From the NCBI RefSeq assembly GCF_006345805.1, contig NW_021823674.1, positions 1-22,092 of the forward strand: DNA of 22,092 nucleotides. Direction: 5' to 3'. The notes below the pieces were generated by a model, which worked only from the letters and a program-made list of their open reading frames with translations, ran no database searches and was not told where the DNA came from. Origin of the DNA: Octopus sinensis. Taxonomy: Eukaryota. Of this stretch, positions 9,085-18,275 are shown one piece after another. Both the position numbers and the translations under genes were made by a program. How positions within the stretch are numbered: the stretch's first letter is position 1; each line of letters begins with the position of its first letter.

Positions 9085-10390
9085 TGGGGGAAGGGGAACT
9101 AAAGCCATAGAGGGAGTGAGAGGGAGAGGGATGGACAGAAAGACAAAGAGCAAAAAAAGAGAGGGAGAGGATAGAGAGAGACAAAGAGTAAATGAGGGAG
9201 GGAAAACACATATGAAAGACGAGAGAAAGCGTAAAGAAACAAATAGAGAGGGTGAAAGAGAGAAACTAAGTTGCGGGTGGGAGAGTAGGAGTGAAGAATG
9301 GGGGTGAGGAAGGGGAGGATAAAATACTGTAAGTAGAGCGAGAGGAAGTGGGAAGGAAAGAAATAAGTATAAATAGAAAGAGAGGAGAGACGGAAGGGAG
9401 AGAAATGGTATTACTAAAGAAGGAGAGTTAGTGAAGTGGAAGAAAGAGTATAAGTAAAGAGAGAGGGAGTATGAAAGTTTGTAAGTAGATAAAGTGGAGA
9501 AGGGAAGAGGGGAAGTACGTAAGTAGAGGAAGAGGAGAGAAATGTATATACGACAATGAGAGGGGGTAAGAAAGAAAGGGAAGAGGTAAAAATTGTTAGA
9601 GAGGGATAGAATTAAGGAGGAGAGAAGTGGTAGAAAAAGAATGAGAGGGAGTGTCACGAGAAAGAGACTAAGACAAGAAGAGGGAAGGAGGAGAGGGAAG
9701 AGGTTAACTTAAAAAGACGGAGAGCTGTTGTTAGAATATGAAGGGTGAGGTAAAGGAGGAGTGAAAGGAGTAAGTATATATATAGCGAGGGAGAATTAAT
9801 GAAGGGGAGGAAAGATGTGTATAAGTAAATAAGCAGAAGGTGAATGGCAGACGACTTAAACAAAGAGGAGAAGTGAGAGAGTAAGTAGCGATTTAGAGAG
9901 AGGGGGAGAGAAAGGTCAGGAGGTTATAAGATGAAAGAGAGGGGGTGGGGAGGATGAAGGGGAGAGAGAAGAATATAAGTAGATAAGGAGGAAGAGGGAG
10001 GATGAAAGTAGAATGAGGGAAAGGGGGAAGGAGGACGCGTAAGTAAACAACGAACGAGGAGAGAGTGAGTGAGAGAGAGAGAAATATGTAGATAAGTAAA
10101 GAGAGGGAGATAGAAAGAGAGTAATAATAAAATAGAGTATGAAAAGAAGGGGAGGAAAGAGAGAGGAAGTGTAAGTATAAGCAAAGAGGGCGTCCGAGTG
10201 CGTGAGGTGTTAATGTAAGAGAAAGGGGCGGAGGTAAGTGAATGAACGTAAGAAAATAACGAGAGAGGGGGAGGCAAAAGTGAAAGATTGAGAGGACAGT
10301 TTGAATTAAGAGAGACAGAGAGAGAGATTAAAGGAGGAGGAGAAGTTAGAAAGACTAAGAAAATAATGAGAAAGAGAATAAAGAGAGATT
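9085..10390. repeat. Aperiodic purine-rich (G/A) low-complexity tract, about 1.3 kb
   Basis: Plus strand is almost entirely G and A, with no stable period. Confidence 0.9.
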
Positions 10391-10433
10391 GAACATTTTG
10401 TGAAGATTTTTCAGCTGTTGGTATCGGTAGCTA

Positions 10434-10893
10434 GTTTGTTTAGCCCCAGGTCGGTCCTGATCCAGGCAGGCCCATGATCAAAGATGTTCCAGCTGTGACC
10501 ATCCCATCTTTTATTCAGGCATAGTGTATCTAGGACTACATTATCTAATGTTTAGTATCAGACAGACCTATGATCAAAGATGTTCCAGCCGTGACCATCC
10601 CATCTTTTATTCAGGCATAGTGTATCTAGGACTACATTATCTAATGTTTAGTACCAGACAGACCTATGATCAAAGATGTTCCAGCCGTGACCATCCCATT
10701 TTTTATTCAGGCATAGTGTATCTAGGACTACGTTTTCTAATGTATAGTATAGGAGTTAGTATTAATGGCTATAGTTGTTATTTAGTGCCAGGTCAGTCCT
10801 GATCCAGTAGACAGACCTATGATCAAAGACGTTCCAGCTATGACCATCCCATCTTGTTTTCAGACATAATGTATCTAGGATTAAATTGTCTAA
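10434..10893 (-). repeat. Family E tandem array (three 96-bp sub-units plus one 153-bp unit)
   Basis: atgatcaaaga at 10474, 10570, 10666 and 10819; reverse complement of the 6600-7030 units. Confidence 0.88.
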
Positions 10894-11296
10894 TACTCTT
10901 TTACTTGTTTCAGTCATTTGACTGTGGCCATGCAGGAGCAACGCCTTTAATCGAGCAACTCGACCCGCGGGACTTATTCTTTTGTAAGCCCAGTACTTAT
11001 TCTATCGTTCTCTTTTGCCGCACCGCTAGGTGACGGGGACATAAACACACCAGCATCGGTTGTCTAGCAATGCTAAGGGGACAAACACAGACACACAAAC
11101 ATATACACACACTATATATATATACATATATACGACGGGCTTCTTTCAGTTTCCGTCTACCAAATCCACTCACAAGGCTTTGGTCGGCCCGAGGCTATAG
11201 CAGAAGACACTTGCCCAAGGTGCCACGCAGTGGGACTGAACCCGGAACCATGTGGTTGGTAAACAAGCTACTTACCACACAGCCACTCCTGCGCCT
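10894..11296 (-). mobile_element. Family B: full-length tRNA-derived SINE with internal TA/CA tract
   Basis: A box TGGCTGTGTGG (11285-11275), B box GGTTCAGTCCC (11242-11232), then CCTTGGGCAAG (11220-11210; resembles the start of the CORE domain, from memory), and tail gactgaaacaagtaaaagagta. Confidence 0.9.
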
Positions 11297-11369
11297 ATGT
11301 CATTTTTAAGAGTTAGAGCATGTTATAATTTGAGGGAGCTTTGACTGCTACTGTTAAAAATTACATCAA

Positions 11370-11512
11370 TTCTTAGTCCTGGAATGATGCTATGAATTAT
11401 CTTGACCCCCCAAAAGAATAAAAGTCAAAGTCGACACTGGTAGGGTTTGAACTCTGGACATCAAGGATCAGAAGCAATGTTGTTAGGCATTTTGCTTGAT
11501 GCAATAACGATT
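11370..11512 (-). mobile_element. Old diverged family A-like SINE fragment
   Basis: cttgaccccccaaaagaataaaagtcaaagtcgacactggtagggtttgaactc aligns loosely to the family A core and B box. Confidence 0.6.
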
Positions 11513-12297
11513 CCTATTTCTTTACAACCCACAAGGAGCTATGCATAGAGGGGACAAACAAGGACAGACAAAGGGATTAAGTCAATTACATCGACCCCCA
11601 GTGCGTAACTGGTACTTAATTTATCGACCCCGAAAGGATGAAAGGCAAAGTCGACCTCAGCGGAATTTGAACTCAGAACGTAGAGGCAGACGAAATACCT
11701 ATTTCTTTACTACCCACAAGGGGCTAAACACAGAGGGGACAAACAAGGACAGACAAACGGATTGAGTCGATTACAACTACCCCAGTGCGTTACTGGTACT
11801 TAATTTATCAACCCCGAAAGGATGAAAGGCAAAGTCGACCTCGGTGGAATTTGAACTCAGAACGTAACGGCAGATGAAATACCTATTTCTTTACTACCCA
11901 CAAGGGGCTAAACACAGAGGGGACAAACAAGGGCAGACAAAGGGATTAAGTTGATTATATCGACCCCAGTGCTTAACTGGTACTTAATTTATCGACCCCA
12001 AAAGGATGAAAGGCAAAGTCGACCTCGGTGGAATTTGAACTCAGAACGTAATGGCAGATGAAATACCTATTTCTTTACTACCCACAAGGGGCTAAACACA
12101 GAGGGGACAAACAAGGGCAGACAAAGGGATTAAGTCGATTATATCGACCCCAGTGCTTAACTGGTACTTAATTTATCGACCCCGAAAGGATGAAAGGCAA
12201 AGTCGACCTCGGTGGAATTTGAACTCAGAACGTAGCGGCCGACGAAATACCACTAAGCATTGATGTAGTAACGATTCCGCCAGATAGCTGCTCACCG
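11513..12297 (-). repeat. Family A tandem array (4 units, 184-bp period) ending in a diverged SINE head
   Basis: Junction CC at 11698, 11882 and 12066; terminal gaaataccactaagcat...gattccgccag...gctcaccgc. Confidence 0.92.
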
Positions 12298-12365
12298 CAG
12301 GGGCATAGATGTGCGGGGGGGGGGGGTGTTATTACAATGATTTGTAATATCCCTCTCAGTCATCA

Positions 12366-12488
12366 ATTCACTCACAAAGTTTTGGTTGGCCAATGAGAAT
12401 AGTAGAAGACACTTGTGCCACACAGTAGGACTGAACCTGGAACCATCTGGTTGGGAAGCAAGCCTCTTACCACACAGCCACTCCTGCA

Positions 12489-12491
<3 letters not shown>
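12366..12491 (-). mobile_element. Family B SINE head fragment
   Basis: cactcacaaagttttgg...gactgaacctggaacc...ttaccacacagccactcctgcacct. Confidence 0.8.
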
Positions 12492-12535
<44 letters not shown>

Positions 12536-12536
<1 letters not shown>

Positions 12537-12688
12537 ATGGGCTTCTTTCAGTTTCCTCTACCAAATCCACTCACAAGGCTTTGGTCGGCCTAAGACTATA
12601 GTAGAAGACTCTTGCCCAACGTGCCATGCAGTGGAACTGAACCTGGAACCATGTGATTGGTAAGCAAGCGACTTACCACACAGCTACT

Positions 12689-12691
<3 letters not shown>
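12536..12691 (-). mobile_element. Family B SINE 5' half
   Basis: gggcttctttcagtttcc...ttgcccaacgtgcc...ttaccacacagctactcct. Confidence 0.85.
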
Positions 12692-12728
<37 letters not shown>

Positions 12729-12744
12729 GTGGAATTTGTAGCTG

Positions 12745-12980
12745 TGATACCAGTGCCGGTGGCACGTAAGAGAACCATCTGATCATGGTCATAGCCAGCG
12801 CCACCCTGACTGGCTTCCGTGCTGGTGGCACGTAAAAAGCACCATCCGACCATGGCCGTTGCCAGCTTCGTCTGGTCTCCGTGCCGGTGGCTCGTAAAAA
12901 GCGCCATCCGATCGTGGCCGTTTGCCAGCCTCGCCTGGCACGTATAAAGCACCCACTACACTCACGGAGTGGTTGGCGTT
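12745..12980 (+). mobile_element. Family D upstream region with four hairpin sub-repeats
   Basis: Repeats of gtgccggtggcacgtaaaaag-like modules about 60 bp apart. Confidence 0.75.
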
Positions 12981-13671
12981 AGGAAGGGCATCCAGCTGTA
13001 GAAACACTGCCAGATCAGACTGGAGCCTGGTGCAGCCTTCTGGCTTCCCAGATCCCCGGTCGAACTGTCCAACCCATGCTAGCATGGAAAGGGGACGTTA
13101 AACGATGATGATGATGATGATGATATATATATGTATATGTATATATATATGTATATATATATATAGGAAGGGCATCCAGCTGTAGAAACACTGCCAGACC
13201 AGACTGGAGCCTGGTGCAGCCTTCTGGCTTCCCAGATCCCCGGTCGAACTATCCAACCCATGCTAGCATGGAAAGGGGACGTTAAACGATGATGATGATG
13301 ATATATATATGTATATGTATATATATATGTATATATATATATAGGAAAGGCATCCAGCTGTAGAAACACTGCCAGATCAGACTGGAGCCTGGTGCAGCCT
13401 TCTGGCTTCCCAGATCCCCGGTCGAACTGTCCAACCCATGCTAGCATGGAAAGGGGACGTTAAACGATGATGATGATGATGATGATATATATATGTATAT
13501 GTATATATATGTATATATATATATAGGAAGGGCATCCAGCTGTAGAAACACTGCCAGACCAGACTGGAGCCTGGTGCAGCCTTCTGGCTTCCCAGATCCC
13601 CGGTCGAACTATCCAACCCATGCTAGCATGGAAAGGGGACGTTAAACGATGATGATGATGATGATGATATA

Positions 13672-13711
<40 letters not shown>

Positions 13712-14921
13712 AAGGGCATCCAGCTGTAGAAACACTGCCAGACCAGACTGGAGCCTGGTGCAGCCTTCTGGCTTCCCAGATCCCCGGTCGAACTATCCAA
13801 CCCATGCTAGCATGGAAAGGGGACGTTAAACGATGATGATGATGATATATATATGTATATGTATATATATGTATATATATATATAGGAAAGGCATCCAGC
13901 TGTAGAAACACTGCCAGATCAGACTGGAGCCTGGTGCAGCCTTCTGGCTTCCCAGATCCCCAGTCGAACTGTCCAACCCATGCTAGCATGGAAAGGGGAC
14001 ATTAAACGATGATGATGATGATGATGATATATATATGTATATGTATATATATATGTATATATATATATAGGAAAGGCATCCAGCTGTAGAAACACTGCCA
14101 GACCAGACTGGAGCCTGGTGCAGCCTTCTGGCTTCCCAGATCCCCGGTCGAACTATCCAACCCATGCTAGCATGGAAAGGGGCGTTTAAACGATGATGAT
14201 GATGATGATGATATATATGTATATGTATATATATATGTTATATATATATAGGAAAGGCATCCAGCTGTAGAAACACTGCCAGACCAGACTGGAGCCTGGT
14301 GCAGCCTTCTGGCTTCCCAGATCCCCGGTCGAACTGTCCAACCCATGCTAGTATGGAAAGGGGACGTTAAACGATGATGATGATGATGATGAGATATATA
14401 TGTATATGTATATATATGTATATATATATATATAGGAAGGGCATCCAGCTGTAGAAACACTGCCAGACCAGACTGGAGCCTGGTGCAGCCTTCTGGCTTC
14501 CCAGATCCCCGGTCGAACTGTCCAACCCATGCTAGCATGGAAAGGGGACGTTAAACGATGATGATGATGATGATGATATATATATATGTATATGATATAT
14601 ATATGTATATATAATTAGGAAGGGCATCCAGCTGTAGAAACACTGCCAGACCAGACTGGAGCCTGTGCAGCAGCGCCTTCTGGGCTTCCCAGATCCCCGG
14701 TCGAACTATCCAACCCATGCTAGCTGGAAAGGGGACGTTAAACGATGATGATGATGATGATGATATATATATTATATATATATTAGGAAGGGCATCATCT
14801 GTAGAAACACTGCCAGAACAGACTGGAGCCTGGTGCAGCCTTCTGGCTTCCCAGATCCCCGGTCGAACTATCCAACCCATGCTAGCATGGAAAGGGGACG
14901 TTAAACGATGATGATGATGAT
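12981..14921 (+). repeat. Tandem array of 11 family D 3'-half units, each with (GAT)n and, except the last, a TA/TATG tract (mostly 176-184 bp)
   Basis: aggaa[g/a]ggcatc at 12981, 13165, 13343, 13525, 13709, 13885, 14069, 14250, 14434, 14617 and 14785. Confidence 0.95.
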
Positions 14922-15212
14922 TCGCTATGCCAGACCCCTGAAGTCTACAAGTCTTTTCAATTCCCTCTCTTTTAATTTTCTCTTATTCCTTTCAGTTGAA
15001 GAATGTGGTAATAGTAAGGATTCTGCCAGATTGCAGCTCACCGCAGGGGCACAGATGAGAGGGGGTGATTACAATGGTTTGTAATTACCCACTTAGTCAA
15101 CAAGTTGTGCAGAGATTTGTATAAAGAATGCAAGAAACAAATGGGAAAAAACTGTGACATTGGGGGGTGGAGGTGGGGAAGGGAAACTGAAAGAAGCCTG
15201 TTGGATGTATAG

Positions 15213-15609
15213 TCTTTTTTCTTTCACTTGCATCTGTCGTTTTGACGGTGGCCATGCTGGAGCACCACCTTTTAGTCGAACAAATCGTCCCCTGGACTTA
15301 TTCTTTAGTAAGCCTGGTTTATATTTTATCAGTCTCTTTTGCCGAACCTCTAAGTTACGCGGACGTAAACACACCAACATTGGTTGTCAAGGGAGGATGA
15401 TAGGACACAAACACACACATATATATATATATATATGTATGTATGAATATATACAACAGGCTTCTTTTAGTTTCCGTCTACCAAATCCACTCACAAGGCT
15501 TTGGTCGGCCCGAGGCTATAGTAGAATACACTTGCCCAAGGTGCCATGCAGTGGGACTGAACCCGGAACCATGTGGTTGGGAAGCAAGCTTCTTACCACA
15601 TAGCCATGC
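15213..15609 (-). mobile_element. Family B SINE, nearly full length
   Basis: Aligns end to end with 10894-11296. Confidence 0.85.
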
Positions 15610-15742
15610 TATATGTGTGTGTGTGTGTGTGTGTGTGTATTTGTGTTTGCACTCACCCCTACTTTTTGATAACCGGTGTTGGTTAATTTGTGTTCTTTAT
15701 ATCCCAAGAGAGACTGACAAAAATAAGAGACTTCAGCAAAAC

Positions 15743-15743
15743 T

Positions 15744-15793
<50 letters not shown>

Positions 15794-16880
15794 TAGATAG
15801 ATAGATAGATACAGAGAGAGGGGATATTGTAGAGAGGGTAGGAGGCTGTGGGAGAAAGAGTAGAAGAAAGAGGGAGAAAAGTGAAAGGTAGATGTTATAA
15901 GTCGTTGGGGAAGAAGAAAAGGAGAAAGAATAAAGAGAAAAGATAGGAATGGGGGAGTGAACAGAAATGGTAAAGGACCATAGAGAGGGAAAGATAGAGA
16001 AGGAAGGGGAGGTGAGAGCCAAGAGACAGAGGTGAACAGGTGCCAGGTGCAGAGTCTTCTCTGCGTTAGAAGTGAGAGAGAGAGAGAGAAGGGAAAGGAA
16101 GCATATAGGAAATAGAGAGGGGTGAGGAGAAAGAGTAAATGATGAGAGAGAGAGGGGAAAGGGATGGAAAGAGGGAGTAAAGTATGAATGAGAGAGAGGT
16201 AGGAAGCAAGGGAAGAAAAGGTGAAGAGAGGCATAGGGAGAGGTGGTGGTGGTGGTGGAGGAGAGAAGGAAGGAGGGCTAAGAACGGGAATGAGAGGGAG
16301 CCGGGAGAGAAAACGAGAGGCAGAGGAAATAGAGAGAGGGAGAGGAAAGTCGTAGTGGCAGAGAGAAGGATAAGTAGAAACATGAATAGGTGAGAGGTGA
16401 AAGGAAATAGATACATAGAGAGGGAGAGAGAGTGAGGGAGAAAAAGAACTACAGCCAGCTGCTAAGGAAGAGGAGGGGGCAAAGATACCAGCAGACAGAG
16501 AGTGAGGGGAGGGTTGAATGAGCGTCAGAGGAAGAGGAAGGGGAGGAGAGACGAAGTGATTTATAGAACGAGAGAGAGAGAGGGGGAATAGGTGAGCGCT
16601 TAACAGCTGCTGTACGTATTGAATTAAGGAGAGAGGAGGAGTGGATAAGTTAAGGAGGGAAAAGGGGAGTAGTGGCAGATGGTTGGAAGAGTTAACAAAA
16701 CAGACATGGATGAATGGATGGATGAATGGATGGATGGATGGCTGGGTAGATAAAGAGATAGGGAGCCTGGAGGGGTAGAGAGAGAGAGAGGCAGACAGGA
16801 CAAGGGGCAGGGTAGGGCAGACAGACAGACAGACAGGTAGGTAGGTAGGTAGGTAGGTAGACCTAGGGAGATGGAAGATT
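15743..16880. repeat. (GA)/(GACA)/(GATA) microsatellites grading into an aperiodic purine-rich tract
   Basis: Direct reading. Confidence 0.9.
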
Positions 16881-17347
16881 AGTAGATACAGACATAGATA
16901 GGTGGATAGAGAGAGAGAGAGAGATACAGACAGACAGATAAATAGATAGATAGATATATGTAGAGAGAGAGACAGACAGACAGACAGATAGAGAGACAGA
17001 GAGAGAGAGGCAGACAGATAAATAGATAGATAGATATATGTAGAGAGAGAGAGAGATAGACAGACAGATAGATAGATAGATAGAGAGAGAGAGGCAGACA
17101 GATAAATAGATAGATAGATATATGTAGAGAGAGAGAGAGATAGACAGACAGATAGAGAGAGAGGCAGACAGATAAATAGATAGATAGATATATGTAGAGA
17201 GAGAGAGAGATAGACAGACAGACAGAGAGAGAAAGACAGACAGATAAATAGATAGATAGATATATGTAGAGAGAGAGAGAGATAGACAGACAGATAGAGA
17301 GACAGAGAGAGAGAGGCAGACAGATAAATAGATAGATAGATATATGT

Positions 17348-17384
<37 letters not shown>

Positions 17385-17607
17385 AAGACAGACAGATAAA
17401 TAGATATATAGATATATGTAGAGAGAGAGAGAGATAGACAGACAGATAGAGAGACAGAGAGAGAGAGGCAGACAGATAAATAGATAGATAGATATATGTA
17501 GAGAGAGAGAGAGATAGACAGACAGATAGAGAGACAGAGAGAGAGAGGCAGACAGATAAATAGATAGATAGATAGATATATGTAGAGAGAGAGAGAGATA
17601 GACAGAC

Positions 17608-17644
<37 letters not shown>

Positions 17645-17660
17645 AAGGTAGATAGATAGA
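16880..17660. repeat. Higher-order minisatellite built from GATA/GACA/GA pieces (about 70-85 bp period)
   Basis: The marker gataaatagata..gatatatgtagagag recurs about nine times. Confidence 0.85.
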
Positions 17661-17662
17661 TA

Positions 17663-17829
17663 TATTTCTTTATTACACACATGGGGCTAAACATAGAGGG
17701 GACAAACAAGAACAGACATAGGTATTAAGTCGATTATATCGACCCCAGTGCGTGACTGGTACTTAGTTTATGGACCCCCGAAAGGATGAAAGGCAAAGTC
17801 GACCTCCGCGGAATTTGAACTCAGAACGC
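17663..17829 (-). mobile_element. Family A single headless unit
   Basis: tatttctttattacacac...ggaatttgaactcagaacg. Confidence 0.85.
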
Positions 17830-17830
17830 A

Positions 17831-17918
<88 letters not shown>

Positions 17919-17975
17919 AAAGACAGACAGACAGACAGACAGACAGATAGATAGGTAGGTAGGTAGATAGATAGG
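17831..17975. repeat. (AGAT)n/(AGAC)n microsatellite
   Basis: Direct reading. Confidence 0.95.
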
Positions 17976-18190
17976 CAGAGAGACAGGTAGGGTAATAGTG
18001 AGAGGAAATGAGGACACAGCAGATAGAACTATAGATGAAGGGGGTGGGGAAAGGGTGGGGGGTAACAGCTGGTTTCTAAGTAAACAAAGCCAATGATTCA
18101 GGTAGGGTTGTTGTGTTTTTATAAGCACTGTTTTAACCAAGGGGTACATACAACAGCTGGGTACATTTGACAGTTACCTACTGCCATTTG

Positions 18191-18275
18191 AACCAATGAA
18201 GAGAGCCGGCTAGATGGTAGGAAGACCTCTTAGAAATAGCAGCTAAATCACCCTTGAATATCAACCTACAGTCTC
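18191..18275 (+). repeat. Diverged monomer of the 107-bp satellite unit
   Basis: aaccaatgaagagagccggctagatggtaggaagacctcttagaaatagcagctaaatcaccctt aligns to agccaatgagggagacctctacatggtagctagacctggtagaaatagcagccaaatctccctc. Confidence 0.7.

Noticed and set aside
8849-10277. Several 70-208-aa ORFs
   Set aside because: Low-complexity polypurine/polypyrimidine sequence.
12320-12360. Helitron 3' end (hairpin followed by CTRR)
   Set aside because: The hairpin is present in both copies, but neither is followed by a CTRR terminus (ctcag, cttag), and no matching 5' TC end was identified.
12596-14911. Repeated 60-123-aa ORFs (MLAWVGQFD..., MGWIVRPG...)
   Set aside because: Antisense translations of the family D SINE array.
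15683-17709. 665-aa and 276-aa minus-strand ORFs rich in L, S, I and Y
   Set aside because: Complement of purine-rich and GATA/GACA repeats; no domain-like sequence.
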